Assembly (NCBI GenBank): GCA_963797165.1
Contig: CAWCOM010000010.1
Coordinates: 266,578 to 330,577, forward strand
Origin: an uncultured Actinomycetota bacterium
Lineage (GTDB): Bacteria; Actinomycetota; Actinomycetes; Propionibacteriales; Propionibacteriaceae
DNA: 64,000 bases
Direction: 5' to 3'
The translations under genes and the position numbers were made by a program. Positions 20,229 to 30,831 of this stretch are shown in pieces; the first letter of the stretch is position 1; each line of letters opens with the position of its first letter. A model generated the notes under the pieces. That model did not search any database, was not told the DNA's origin, and saw only the letters and a program-made list of their open reading frames with translations.

Positions 20229-21629
20229 TCAGAGCCTCGTGTAGTGCGCGGAGACGATGCCGTGGTAGCGCTCGTGGATCTCGTCGGCGGTCTTGACGTC
20301 GTCGTCGCTCGGGTGCAGCTCGCGCTGTTGCGGGACCGGCCACTCGGGTAGCTCGCCGGTCAGCGCCCAGGCCGCCTGCCTGGCTGCGCCGATCGCCACG
20401 CTCTCCTCGACAGCCGTCACCGTCACCGGAAGGCCGAGCACTGCCGGGGCGATCTCCTGGACCGCCTTCGACTGCGCCGCGCCGCCGGTCAGGATCACCC
20501 GGTCGAGCGCGCCGGCGCAGTCGGCGAGAGTGCGGAGGCCGTACGCGAGGCTCCACAGGATCCCTTCGATCGCTGCCCGGGCGATGTTCGCCGGAGTGAA
20601 GTTCGCCAGGTCGAGACCGACCAGCTCACCCTTCGCATACGGCAACGGCGGCGTACGTTCGCCCTCGAGGTACGGAATGAACGACAGACCTTCGCAGCCT
20701 GCCGGCGCGCTCAGCGCGAGGCGGCTGAACTCGTCGAAGTCGACTCCGAGCAGCTTGGCCGTCGCGGCCAGGTTGCGGGCGCCGTTGAGCGTGCAGACCA
20801 GCGGCAGGTAGGCGCCGGTCGCATCGGCGAACCCGGCTACCACTCCGGAGGGGTCGGAGGTCTGGCGCGCGCTCTGGGCGAAGGCGGTCCCGCTGGTGCC
20901 GAGCGAGACCACCGCGGATCCGTGGGTCAGCCCGAGCCCGAGGCCCGCGGCCATGTTGTCCCCGGTGCCCGGGGCGAGCTTGATTCCCTCCGGGGTCTCA
21001 CCGACGACCTCCGAGGGCGCCGCCACCCGCGGCAGCTCGAGCTGCCGACCGAACGCGAGCTCGACGATGTCGTCGCGGTAGAGATTGCTCGTCGCGTCGA
21101 AGTAGCAGGTGCCCGAGGCGTCGCCGCGGTCGGTCACCGGAGCGAAGCTTCGGCCACCGATCTGCCAGGTCAGCCAGTCGTGGGGGAGCACGACGCCTGC
21201 GGTCCGGGCGGCGTTCTCCGGTTCGTTGCGGGCGAGCCAGCGGACCTTGGTGACGGTCATCGCGGCCACCGGCACCGTGCCTACTGCTTCGGCCCAGGCC
21301 TCGGCACCGCCCAGCTCGATCATCAGGTCCACCGCGTCGGAGGCGGAGCGGTTGTCGTTCCACAGCAAGGCGTCGCGGACGAGGCCGCCGGCGGAGTCCA
21401 GCGTCACCATGCCGTGCTGCTGCCCGCCGACCGACATCGCCTCGACGTCGGCCAGCAGCGCCGGGTCGGCGGTCGCCTCGCGGTAGGCGGTCAACCAGGC
21501 GTCGGCGGACACCGACGTACCGTCCGGGTGAGCGGCCCGCCCGGTGCGCAGCACCTCGCCGGTGTCGGCGTCGCAGACGACGACCTTGCAGGACTGGGTG
21601 GACGAGTCGACTCCGGCGACGATGCTCAC
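20229..21629 (-). CDS. xylB: Xylulokinase (FGGY kinase)
   Basis: AGVDSSTQSCK, GGQQHGMV, GTGDNM, SLGTSGT, PYLEGERTP. Confidence 0.85.
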   Translation of the reverse strand: MSIVAGVDSSTQSCKVVVCDADTGEVLRTGRAAHPDGTSVSADAWLTAYREATADPALLADVEAMSVGGQQHGMVTLDSAGGLVRDALLWNDNRSASDAVDLMIELGGAEAWAEAVGTVPVAAMTVTKVRWLARNEPENAARTAGVVLPHDWLTWQIGGRSFAPVTDRGDASGTCYFDATSNLYRDDIVELAFGRQLELPRVAAPSEVVGETPEGIKLAPGTGDNMAAGLGLGLTHGSAVVSLGTSGTAFAQSARQTSDPSGVVAGFADATGAYLPLVCTLNGARNLAATAKLLGVDFDEFSRLALSAPAGCEGLSFIPYLEGERTPPLPYAKGELVGLDLANFTPANIARAAIEGILWSLAYGLRTLADCAGALDRVILTGGAAQSKAVQEIAPAVLGLPVTVTAVEESVAIGAARQAAWALTGELPEWPVPQQRELHPSDDDVKTADEIHERYHGIVSAHYTRL

Positions 21630-21793
21630 GTTCGGCCTTCCGTTGGCGGGGTTGTCAGCCTAGGCGGCTCGCGTCCCGAGGCTGAACCATCCCAGGCCCG
21701 ACAGCTGTCCGCGCCGATCGTTGTCGCGCCCGATCGCGACGTCCAAGGCAGAGGGGCCGCGGTCCGCTTGGCCGACGTTGCCAGACTGCACGA

Positions 21794-22741
21794 GTGGACT
21801 ATCGACAACTCGGACCATCTGGACTGACCGTCTCCCGAGTGGGGCTCGGCTGCAACAACTTCGGAGCGCGGATGCCCGATGAGAAGGTGCCGGAGGTGGT
21901 CGGCGCGGCCATCGATGCGGGGGTCACCCTCTTCGACACGGCCGACGTGTACGGCAACCGCGGCGGTTCGGAGGTGCTGCTCGGCAAGGCCCTCGGCACG
22001 CGGCGCGGCGAGGTGATCGTCGCGACGAAGTTCGGGATGGACATGGGTGGGGAGAACGGCCCGGACTGGGGCGCTCGCGGTTCGCGGCGGTACGTCCGGC
22101 GTGCGGTGGAGGCCAGCCTGCGTCGGCTCGGCACCGACTGGATCGACCTGTACCAGATGCACAGCCCGGATCCCCGGACGCCGATCGCGGAGACGCTCGA
22201 CGTGCTCGACGACCTGGTCGCCGAGGGCAAGGTCCGCTATCTCGGCTCGTCGAACTTCGCCGGCTGGCAGGTGATCGACGCCGACTGGACGGCGCGCAGC
22301 ACGGGACGTACGCGCTTCGTCTCGGCGCAGAACGAGTACTCGTGGCTGAAGCGCGGGATCGAGACCGAGCTCGTCCCGGCGCTCGAGCACACCGGTCAGG
22401 GGCTGCTGCCGTTCTTCCCGCTCGCCTCCGGGCTGCTCACCGGCAAGTACCGCCGCGACCAGCCGGCGCCGGACGGCACCAAGCTGGCCAAGATGCCCGA
22501 CCGGCTGGCCAACGCGGACTTCGACACCATCGAGGCGTTGCAGAGCTTCGCCGATGAGCGCGGACTGACGATGCTGCAGGTGGCGATCGGCGGACTGGCG
22601 GCGATGTCGCCGGTCTCGTCGGTGATCGCCGGCGCGACCTCCGCCGATCAAGTGCGCGCCAACGTCGCCGCGGCCGGGTGGATCCCGAGCCCCGACGACC
22701 TGGAGGTGCTGCGGGGACTGACATCTGCCAGATCTTCGTGA
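21794..22741 (+). CDS. Aldo/keto reductase
   Basis: GLGCNNFG, FDTADVYG, VATKFG, SLRRLGTDWIDLYQMH, GKVRYLGSSN. Confidence 0.95.
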   Translation: MDYRQLGPSGLTVSRVGLGCNNFGARMPDEKVPEVVGAAIDAGVTLFDTADVYGNRGGSEVLLGKALGTRRGEVIVATKFGMDMGGENGPDWGARGSRRYVRRAVEASLRRLGTDWIDLYQMHSPDPRTPIAETLDVLDDLVAEGKVRYLGSSNFAGWQVIDADWTARSTGRTRFVSAQNEYSWLKRGIETELVPALEHTGQGLLPFFPLASGLLTGKYRRDQPAPDGTKLAKMPDRLANADFDTIEALQSFADERGLTMLQVAIGGLAAMSPVSSVIAGATSADQVRANVAAAGWIPSPDDLEVLRGLTSARSS

Positions 22742-22780
22742 GCGCTCCGGCGCACAACGACGCCGCCTAGACTCGCCGCC

Positions 22781-23709
22781 GTGAGCGCAGGTCCAGGCTG
22801 GTATCCCGACCCGGGCGGACAACCCGGCCTCTTCCGCTACTGGGACGGCCGGGCGTGGTCGGCGACCACCACCGCGAACCCGTACGTCGGTCCGCCGACT
22901 GCCGCGGTTGCCGGCTTCGGATCCGCGCCCAGGGTTCGACCAGGCCGATCCCGACGGGTGCCGAGACAGGGCCGGGATCGACGCAGGCCCTTCCCGCGGC
23001 ACGGCGCCGGCGTCCGATCGGCTGGATCCTCGCCGCGGTGGCTGCGGTGGTGGTGATCGTCGTGCTCGCGACGCTGGCCATCCGTGGACTCAGCGGTGTC
23101 GTCGCCGGCCCGCCCGCCCAGGGTCCCCAGGCGAACCCGAGTGGAGTCGTCTGCCCGTCGCCACCGTCGCAGACACCGTCGCCGATCCCCGACACCGGTG
23201 GCGACCGGGTGGTGAGTGGGCACCTGTCGTACCCGCGGCTGGCGCCGCCGTTCTCGGCTCCGCAGCCCGACTCCCGTACGCCCTTCGGCCGCGACGTCCG
23301 GTCCCAGACCGCCGATGTGGAGACGAGCTCCGACGGCGAGACGAGCTGGGTGGCGGCGGTGCTGATCGCCCGGCTGCTTGCCGGTGACGGGTTCTACGGG
23401 CCGCAGCAGGGCGCCGCGGTGGTGGCCGAGTGCGTGATCGGCAAGTTCTACGGCGACAACCCGGTCGAGCGGGAGGACCTCCGCAACGAGGCCACCAAGG
23501 TCGACGGTCATGATGCCTGGATCATCGAGATGCACCTGACCTTCGACATCCCGGGCATCAAGACCAAGGGCGAGGCCGCGACGATCGTCGTGGTCGACAC
23601 CGGCGCGACCGACGGTGAGGCGGGACTGTTCTACTCCTCGATCCCGGACACGTCGCCTCAGTTCACCCAGCCTGCTGCGGACGCGTTGAAGGGGCTCCAG
23701 GTCAGCTGA
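22781..23709 (+). CDS. DUF2510-domain membrane protein; -1 frameshift near 22928-22930
   Basis: PGWYPDP...RYWDGRAWS (DUF2510) in one frame; the TM and extracellular domain are in a second frame ending at TGA 23709; TAGACT -10 box before GTG. Confidence 0.75.
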
Positions 23710-23723
23710 GTGCTCGTGCTGTG

Positions 23724-23744
23724 GCCCTTCGACAGGCTCAGGGC
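23724..23744 (+). repeat. 21-bp REP-like element, family C
   Basis: GCCCTTCGACAGGCTCAGGGC; exact reverse-complement copies at 41275 and 50456. Confidence 0.85.
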
Positions 23745-23784
23745 ACCTGCGGAGTGCCGCTGCCCGGCGCCTCGGCGCCGCGCG

Positions 23785-24462
23785 TCAGGCTGCTGCCGCT
23801 GCCTTCTTCGCTCGGCGGCGGTGCAACAGGTACTCGACGAGCATCGGGATCAACGACACGAGCACGATCAGGGCCAGGACGACCTCGAGATTGTTCTTGA
23901 TGAAGGGCACGTTGCCCAGGTAGTAGCCGGCAACGGTCACCACGATCACCCAGAGGACGCCACCGATCGCGCTGTAGGTGATGAACTTACGGAAGTCCAT
24001 CCGACCGACGCCGGCGACCAGGGTGACAAAGGTTCGGACGATCGGGACGAACCTCGCCAGGATGAGTGCGCGGTTGCCGTACCGCTCGAAGAACACGTGG
24101 GTCTTGTCGACGTAGCTCTGCCTGAAGATCTTGCCCATCAGGCCCGATCTCGGATGGAAGAGCGGCGGCCCGATCAGTCGTCCGAGCCAGTAGCCACAGA
24201 CATTGCCGAGCACGGCAGCGACGATGAGCACCAGGCAGACGAACAGCAGCGAGTGATGGATCGTGTCGAGGGCGGTGAGGATGCCGATCGTGAACAGCAG
24301 CGAGTCGCCGGGCAGGATCGCGAACAGTCCACACTCGGCGAAGATGATGAACGCGACTCCCCAGAGGGCGTACGGACCGAACGTCTCGATGAGATGTTGC
24401 GGGTCCATCCAGGACGGCAGCAGCATCGGCGTCAGGAACGCGGCGTCGATCAAGGGGCTCAC
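23785..24462 (-). CDS. DedA/VTT family membrane protein
   Basis: FAECGLFAILPGDSLLF, AAVLGNVCGYWLGR, FFERYG, ARFVPIVRTF. Confidence 0.93.
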   Translation of the reverse strand: MSPLIDAAFLTPMLLPSWMDPQHLIETFGPYALWGVAFIIFAECGLFAILPGDSLLFTIGILTALDTIHHSLLFVCLVLIVAAVLGNVCGYWLGRLIGPPLFHPRSGLMGKIFRQSYVDKTHVFFERYGNRALILARFVPIVRTFVTLVAGVGRMDFRKFITYSAIGGVLWVIVVTVAGYYLGNVPFIKNNLEVVLALIVLVSLIPMLVEYLLHRRRAKKAAAAA

Positions 24463-24512
24463 GCGTGACAACGGTACCGTCGGAGCTTGTGAGTTTCCTA
24501 AGCGAGGACGAG

Positions 24513-25175
24513 GTGACCCGGGTCGCCGGCCCCGGCGTCGGACCTCACCCCGAGCCGTGGCCTGACGACGACGATCGGCTGGATCCGGACCTGCTCGCCG
24601 CCGGCGACCACCGGAACGTGATCGACCGCTATCGCTACTGGAAACTCTCCGCCATCGTCGAGGATCTCGACCGCACAAGGAATCCGCTCCGGATTGCCAT
24701 CCAGAACTGGGAGCACGACTTCAACATCGGGTCGATGGTGCGCACCGCCAACGCGTTCAATGTGGCCGGCGTCCACATCATCGGTCGGCGGCGCTGGAAC
24801 CGCCGCGGCGCGATGGTCACCGATCGCTACCTGAGTGTCGAACATCACGCGGACGTGGCGTCCTTCGCGGCAGCGATGAGCGAAAAGGGCTACGTCGTGG
24901 TCGGTGTGGACAACCTGCCGGGCTCGGTCCCGCTGGAGTCGAGCCGGTTCCCGGAACGGGTCTGCCTCGTGTTCGGTTCCGAGGGTCCGGGCCTGACGGA
25001 GGAAATGGTGGCAGCCTGCGAGCGGGTGGTGGCGATCACCCAGTACGGCTCCACGCGATCGATCAACGCCGGCGCTGCGGCGGCGATCGCGATGTACCAC
25101 TGGGCGCTGGACTGGCTGCCGCGCCCAGCAGCGGATCCTTTCCTCTGCCCTCCGCCGACGGACGACAGCCGGTGA
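24513..25175 (+). CDS. TrmH/SpoU-family RNA methyltransferase
   Basis: NWEHDFNIGSMVRTANAF, FGSEGPGL, QYGSTRSINAGAA; start could also be 24465. Confidence 0.92.
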   Translation: MTRVAGPGVGPHPEPWPDDDDRLDPDLLAAGDHRNVIDRYRYWKLSAIVEDLDRTRNPLRIAIQNWEHDFNIGSMVRTANAFNVAGVHIIGRRRWNRRGAMVTDRYLSVEHHADVASFAAAMSEKGYVVVGVDNLPGSVPLESSRFPERVCLVFGSEGPGLTEEMVAACERVVAITQYGSTRSINAGAAAAIAMYHWALDWLPRPAADPFLCPPPTDDSR

Positions 25176-27868
25176 GCTCCGCCGACCTGACGAGGGCCAG
25201 AGCGTACTGGCTCAGGCCGGGCCTACTGGCCTGGCCGCCCGATGCCCCGCCACGGGCACACGACACGGCGACGACTCAGTGGCGGCTCCAGGCAAGTCGG
25301 GACGCGGGACTGTCCTTCGACTCGGAGCGGATCCACAGCGACGAGAGCTACGACCTCCGTCTCGATCCCAAGGGGCTGCCGGCGTCCGTCACCGACGCTT
25401 ACCCATACCTGAACGGCTATCTCGCACTGCGCTTCGGCGGCTCCGATCGGCTGGTGAAGCGCCTGCTGAAGGGGCAGGTGGTCGTCGGGCAGTACGGCGA
25501 GGACAACGTGCTGATCGACGGCACCGGGGTGCAGATCGCGCCGGTTCTCGACGCCCTCTACTCCGCGAAAGCGGCCAAGCGGACGTACGGGATCGAGTGG
25601 CAGGGCGACCGAGGCACCTTCCGCGTCTGGGCGCCGACGGCGCAGCGAGTCGCGCTGTGGTGCTGGCCGGAATGGTCGGCGGCGGACGCACCGACCGGAG
25701 AGGCGATCCGGCTGCCGATGGACGAGCACGCCGACGGCTCCTGGACTGCGCGACCGCCCCGCAGCGTTGCGGGCGCACGCTATCTCTACGAGGTGAAGGC
25801 CTACCAGCCCCAGACGCAGCGGATCGAGACGAACCTGGTCACCGACCCCTACAGCGTCGCACTCACCCTGGATTCCGGTCGCTCGGTCGCGATCGACCTG
25901 GCCGACGACCGCTGGCAACCGGCGCCGTGGCGCGACACCCCGTCACCGCCGCTCACCCGACGTGTCGACTCGACCATCTACGAGTTGCACGTCCGAGACT
26001 TCTCGATCGGCGACGTGACCGTGCCCGCAGCGCACCGCGGGACGTACCTCGCCTTCGCCGACACCGCCGAACCCCGCACCGCGGGCAACGGCTGGCGCCA
26101 CCTGAAGGCGCTGGCCGAGGCCGGGCTGAACACCGTGCAGCTGCTGCCGACGTTCGACATCGCCTCGATCCCGGAGGACCCGGCGGAGCAGACGATCCCG
26201 GATGGTGATTTGAGGTCGTTCGCACCGGACAGCGATCAGCAACAGGCCCGGGTCGCCGCGGTGGCGGACTCCGACGGCTTCAACTGGGGCTACGACCCCT
26301 GGCACTGGATGGCCCCGGAGGGCTCGTACGCGTCATCCACGATCGCGGCCGACGGCGGCCACCGGGTGGCGGAGTTCCGTGGGATGGTCGGCGGGCTACA
26401 TGCCGCTGGTCTGCGGGTCGTGCTGGACCAGGTGTTCAACCACACGACGGCGTCGGGGAACGCGCCGGCGTCGGTCTTGGACAAGATGGTGCCGGGCTAC
26501 TACCACCGGCTCGATGCGTCGGGCGCGGTGACCACGTCCACGTGCTGCCAGAACGTGGCAACCGAGAACAGGATGGCGCAAAAGATCATGGTCGATGCGA
26601 CCGTACTGTGGGCGAAGCAGTATCACGTGGACGGCTTCCGCTTCGACCTGATGGGCCACCACAGCAGGGCCAACGTGGTGGCCGTGCGGTCAGCGCTGGA
26701 CCGGTTGACGCTGCGCAAGGACGGCGTGGACGGCAAGTCGATCTACCTCTACGGCGAGGGCTGGAACTTCGGCGAGGTCGCGAACAACGCCCGGTTCGTC
26801 CAGGCGACCCAGGGCCAGCTCGGCGGCACCGGAATCGGCACGTTCTCCGATCGGCTGCGCGACGCCGTCCGCGGCGGTGGACCGTTCGACGCCGATCCAC
26901 GCCGCCAGGGGCTGGGCACCGGACTGGGCACGGACCCGAACAGAACCGATCCGGACGACGCCGACACGGTCCGGAAACGACTGGCCGATGCCACCGACCT
27001 GGTCCAGCTGGGCCTGGCGGGCAATCTGGCGTCCTACCGTTTTCGCAACCACGCCGGCGACGTCGTACGGGGTGATCAGGTCGACTACGGCGGCTTCCCG
27101 GCGGGGTACGCGGACCAGCCGGACGAGGTGATCAGCTACGTCGATGCCCACGACAACGAGACCCTGTTCGACGCACTGACCTACAAGCTGCCGCAGGGCA
27201 CCACGATGACCGACCGGGTGCGGATGAACACGGTCGCGCTGTCCTTCACGGCCCTGTCTCAGACACCGTCGTTCTGGCACGCCGGGGCTGATCTGCTCCG
27301 CAGTAAGAGCCTGGACCGGAACTCCTACAACTCCGGTGACTGGTTCAACACCTTGGACTGGACCGGCGAGGACAACGGTTTCGGGCACGGGCTGCCGATC
27401 CGGGCGGAGAACGAGAACACGTGGACGTATCAGCGTCCGCTGTTGGCCGACCCTGTCCTGAAGCCGAGCGCGACCGACGTGCGGGCGGCGAGCGGCCAGG
27501 CGCAGGACCTGCTCCGACTGCGGTTCTCGACGCCCCTGTTCCGGCTCGGATCGGCGCGGGAGATCCAGCAGAAGGTGAGCTTTCCGGTTTCGGGATCTCG
27601 GTCGGCTCGCGACGGCGTGATCGTGATGCGGATCGATGACACCGTCGGGCGGGATATCGATCGGCACCTGTCAGGCGTGCTGGTGGTGTTCAACACCGCA
27701 CCCGACCCGGTGGACCAGCAGGTGCCGGGAATCACAGGAGGCTGGAGTCTGTCCCCGGTGCAGGCCGACGGTACGGACCCGGTCGTGAAGTCCGCGACCT
27801 GGGACCAGACGACCGCCACCTTCGCCGTGCCCGGACGTACGGTGGCGGTCTTCGTCCAGCTGGGCTGA
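25172..27868 (+). CDS. Pullulanase-type alpha-1,6-glucosidase (GH13)
   Basis: [47 protein letters not shown]; no signal peptide seen. Confidence 0.93.
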   Translation: MSSADLTRARAYWLRPGLLAWPPDAPPRAHDTATTQWRLQASRDAGLSFDSERIHSDESYDLRLDPKGLPASVTDAYPYLNGYLALRFGGSDRLVKRLLKGQVVVGQYGEDNVLIDGTGVQIAPVLDALYSAKAAKRTYGIEWQGDRGTFRVWAPTAQRVALWCWPEWSAADAPTGEAIRLPMDEHADGSWTARPPRSVAGARYLYEVKAYQPQTQRIETNLVTDPYSVALTLDSGRSVAIDLADDRWQPAPWRDTPSPPLTRRVDSTIYELHVRDFSIGDVTVPAAHRGTYLAFADTAEPRTAGNGWRHLKALAEAGLNTVQLLPTFDIASIPEDPAEQTIPDGDLRSFAPDSDQQQARVAAVADSDGFNWGYDPWHWMAPEGSYASSTIAADGGHRVAEFRGMVGGLHAAGLRVVLDQVFNHTTASGNAPASVLDKMVPGYYHRLDASGAVTTSTCCQNVATENRMAQKIMVDATVLWAKQYHVDGFRFDLMGHHSRANVVAVRSALDRLTLRKDGVDGKSIYLYGEGWNFGEVANNARFVQATQGQLGGTGIGTFSDRLRDAVRGGGPFDADPRRQGLGTGLGTDPNRTDPDDADTVRKRLADATDLVQLGLAGNLASYRFRNHAGDVVRGDQVDYGGFPAGYADQPDEVISYVDAHDNETLFDALTYKLPQGTTMTDRVRMNTVALSFTALSQTPSFWHAGADLLRSKSLDRNSYNSGDWFNTLDWTGEDNGFGHGLPIRAENENTWTYQRPLLADPVLKPSATDVRAASGQAQDLLRLRFSTPLFRLGSAREIQQKVSFPVSGSRSARDGVIVMRIDDTVGRDIDRHLSGVLVVFNTAPDPVDQQVPGITGGWSLSPVQADGTDPVVKSATWDQTTATFAVPGRTVAVFVQLG

Positions 27869-27982
27869 GAGCGCGTCGACACGGTTTCGATCAGCCTGCA
27901 GCCCGGTCGTCTCGCAAGCCGTCGAGGTACGGGTGAACGGATTCAGTGGACTGAGATTGGTGGACCGGGCATGCTCGGCCAT

Positions 27983-27998
27983 ACTGGTATGAACTGGT
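27983..27998. promoter_or_regulatory. Possible DasR/dre-like operator upstream of the GntR gene
   Basis: ACTGGTATGAACTGGT matches 11/16 of ACTGGTCTAGACCAGT and overlaps a CATACT -10-like box. Confidence 0.3.
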
Positions 27999-28053
27999 CT
28001 GTGTCGACCTCCGCGGTCGGCGTGCTACGTCTGGACCCCGAGGGAGGATTCCC

Positions 28054-28830
28054 ATGCAGCCCGACTTCGGCCGGTCCGAGACGGCGGCCAGATACCGTTC
28101 CGAGCGTCCACAGCGATTTGCGACGACCAAACGCGCACAGGTCCGGGGGATCTTGGAGCAGCTGATCGACACCGAGCTCAACGCCGGTGACGCGATCCCC
28201 TCCGAGCGGGCCCTGGTGGTCAGGCTCGGCGTGAGTCGTGTCACCGTCCGGCAGGCGATCGCCGACCTGGTCGAGGCCGGCGTCCTGGAGCGGGTGCACG
28301 GCAAGGGGACGTACGTCACCGGGCCCCAGGTCGACTCCCGGCTGCACCTGACGTCGTTCTCCCGCGAGATGCGCGATCGCGGGCTACTGCCCGCGACGGT
28401 CGTGCTCAGCGCTCGGGAGGAACCGGCCGACGACGACGTCGCCTACGCCCTGCGGATCCGCCCTGGTCGTCCGGTGGTGCGGGTGGAGCGGCTGCGGACC
28501 GCCGACGGGACGCCGATGGCGTATGAGGTCGGCTTCTATCCGTCGGCGCTGTTCCCGGGACTGTTGCAGCGTGAGCTGGGCGCGCTCTACGACGTGTTCG
28601 CGTCCGAGTACGGCGTGGTCGTCACCAGCGGCGAGCAAACGGTCCGCGCCGAGTCAGCCGACGCCCACCAGGCCCGGATCCTGGGGATCGCCAAGCGGGC
28701 GCCCCTTCTCGTGCAGGAGCGGGTCACCCATGCCGGTGAGCGGGCCATCGAGCTGTCGACCTCGTGGTATCGGGCCGACCGATACCGATTGCACATGGCG
28801 ATCACGCCGCGCGGTGCCCGGGAGAACTGA
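28054..28830 (+). CDS. GntR/HutC-subfamily regulator with UTRA domain (DasR/NagR-like)
   Basis: IPSERAL...GVSRVTVRQAI...HGKGTYV, LTSFSREM, YRADRY; GGAGG RBS. Confidence 0.92.
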   Translation: MQPDFGRSETAARYRSERPQRFATTKRAQVRGILEQLIDTELNAGDAIPSERALVVRLGVSRVTVRQAIADLVEAGVLERVHGKGTYVTGPQVDSRLHLTSFSREMRDRGLLPATVVLSAREEPADDDVAYALRIRPGRPVVRVERLRTADGTPMAYEVGFYPSALFPGLLQRELGALYDVFASEYGVVVTSGEQTVRAESADAHQARILGIAKRAPLLVQERVTHAGERAIELSTSWYRADRYRLHMAITPRGAREN

Positions 28831-28857
28831 GTCGACAGTCGCCGCCCGACTGGCAGG

Positions 28858-29397
28858 ATGGTGGCCATGAGCGGCGCGCCCATCGAGGAACTGCTCGTCC
28901 CGTACGACCTCGAGCGGGTCGCCGAGAAGGCGGAGCGTCGCCGGCGGTTGTTCCGCTCCCGGATGATCAGCCTGTTGATCACCGTCGTCGTGGTGGTCGG
29001 CTTCGCGATCTGGCTACGCTCGAAAGGCCAGCCGGCCGGGCTGTGGCTCTCGGCGGCGGTCATCGTGCTCAGCGGTGCCTGGGCTGCCGTCACCTTCGTG
29101 ATCTTCCGCCGAGCCCGTCGTGATCTTGCCGATCTCCAGCCTGGGACGGCGATCCGAGTCGACCGGCGCGGTATCGAGGTCGCCGGGCTGACCGCCGGTT
29201 GGGCGGACGTGGGATCGGTCGCGACGATCAAGGCGGGCATCGGGCGAAGCCCGCGGCTTCAGCTCGCTCTACTCGACGGGCGTACGTCCTCGCTGGCGCT
29301 CGATCAGGTGACGGTGCTGCCCGCGACACTCGACTCGACCGTGCGCGCCTACTCCGGTGGGCGCCACGGGGTCGATCTCACCGCCCTCGAGATCTAG
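28858..29397 (+). CDS. Hypothetical two-TM membrane protein
   Basis: Two hydrophobic helices then a soluble domain; G/C-ending codons. Confidence 0.7.
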   Translation: MVAMSGAPIEELLVPYDLERVAEKAERRRRLFRSRMISLLITVVVVVGFAIWLRSKGQPAGLWLSAAVIVLSGAWAAVTFVIFRRARRDLADLQPGTAIRVDRRGIEVAGLTAGWADVGSVATIKAGIGRSPRLQLALLDGRTSSLALDQVTVLPATLDSTVRAYSGGRHGVDLTALEI

Positions 29398-29428
29398 CCC
29401 GCCGCTGGACTCTCTCGCGGTGTGACCG

Positions 29429-29818
29429 TTAGCCCAACGAGCTGAGATCGTCGGGGACGTCGACGGCGAACTGTCGCAGCACGTCCAGCTCGACCAGATC
29501 GAGGGCTCGCTCGTTGGTGGCGGCCAGCACGACGGGCGCGGCCAGCCCGGCGTCATAGGACTGCAGCCAGCGCTCGAGCACCACGCACCAGCGATCACCT
29601 GGATTCAGCCCGGGAAACGCGAACTCCGGCACCGGCGTGGTCAGGTCGTTGCCGACCGAGCGCTGGTGCGTCAGGAACTCCGAGGTCGCCACGACGCAGA
29701 TCAGGTGGTGCGCCCGGGCTGGCCCGCAGGTGCAGCTGCCGTCGCGGTAGAACCCGGTCACCGGGTCGGAGCTGCAGGGCTCCAGCTCTCCGCCCAGCAC
29801 GTTGCGCTCGCTCACCAT
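29429..29818 (-). CDS. DUF2237 family protein
   Basis: NVLGGELEPC...TGFYRDG, GNDLTTP...FPGLNPGDRWC, TNERAL. Confidence 0.9.
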   Translation of the reverse strand: MVSERNVLGGELEPCSSDPVTGFYRDGSCTCGPARAHHLICVVATSEFLTHQRSVGNDLTTPVPEFAFPGLNPGDRWCVVLERWLQSYDAGLAAPVVLAATNERALDLVELDVLRQFAVDVPDDLSSLG

Positions 29819-29929
29819 CCCAGTCTGACGGTGTCGACCGCGGACGGCCAGACCAAGCGAGACGCCCTGCCGACCCGACCCAAGGTCGTTACATCTGGAG
29901 CCTTGACGCCAATTCCGGCCGGTGCGAGG

Positions 29930-30691
29930 GTGAATCACGTGGGATACCTGTCTGACAGCCGTACAGCCGGTCTGTCCGTGTACCCACGTCAGTCCGCGGT
30001 CGGTTTCGTCCTGGACGATCTCCAGGACGCCATCGCCGCGGGCGTCATCCGGGTCGGTGACAGGCTGCCATCGGAAGCAGCGCTGGCCGCGAGGTACTCG
30101 GTCAGTCGGTCCGTGGTCCGTGAAGTGCTGAGAGCCAGCGCAGCGCTCGGACTCACGGTCACCCGAACCGGCAAAGGCACCTTCGTGGTGGGGCGGCGTC
30201 CCAACGAGTTGATCTTCGGCAGCTATTCCGCCGGCGACCTGCTCGAGGTGCGTCCTCACATCGAGGTGCCGGCAGCCGGGCTCGCGGCCCTGCGGCGCAC
30301 CGAAGAGGACCTGGAACAGATCCAAGGTCTGATCGAGACCATGGAGTCCGAACCCGATCCGCAGGTGTGGATCGGGTTCGACGCGAGTTTCCATCTGGCC
30401 ATCGCGGAGGCGTCGAAGAATCCGGTGTTCACCCAGGTGATCAGCTCGATTCGGACGGCGCTGTCCAGTCAGTCCGCGATGCTCAACGATCGCTCACGAC
30501 GGCGACGGTCCGACTCCGACGCCGAGCATCGCAGCATTGCTGCTGCAGTTGCTCGCGGATCGGTGGTCGAGGCAGAAGATGCGATGCGGTTCCACCTCGA
30601 CCAGGTGAGCGATGCCGTGGCGGACTCGCTGACCGAGATCTCGACCGAGCCGGCCGAGCGATCGGGCCCGCAGAAACAACGTCTGGATTGA
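29930..30691 (+). CDS. FadR/GntR-family regulator
   Basis: GDRLPSE...SVSRSVVREVL...GKGTFV, DASFHLAIAEASKN, EHRSI. Confidence 0.92.
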   Translation: MNHVGYLSDSRTAGLSVYPRQSAVGFVLDDLQDAIAAGVIRVGDRLPSEAALAARYSVSRSVVREVLRASAALGLTVTRTGKGTFVVGRRPNELIFGSYSAGDLLEVRPHIEVPAAGLAALRRTEEDLEQIQGLIETMESEPDPQVWIGFDASFHLAIAEASKNPVFTQVISSIRTALSSQSAMLNDRSRRRRSDSDAEHRSIAAAVARGSVVEAEDAMRFHLDQVSDAVADSLTEISTEPAERSGPQKQRLD

Positions 30692-30831
30692 ACACTCTCC
30701 CCGGCCGTCCCCCGCAGGTGGAAGCGGGCGCCGCCGGGGCTGCATGCGCACAAACCATGCGCCTGTCACCGACGCCTGGCGATCTCGACCACCCTCTCCC
30801 TGAAGAGGGCGCCCCCTGAAACGAGAGAAGC

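Noticed and set aside
29690-29740. DUF2237 segment GPARAHHLIC looks slightly shorter than I recall for the family
   Set aside because: The frame is intact, and without an alignment I cannot distinguish natural variation from compensating errors.
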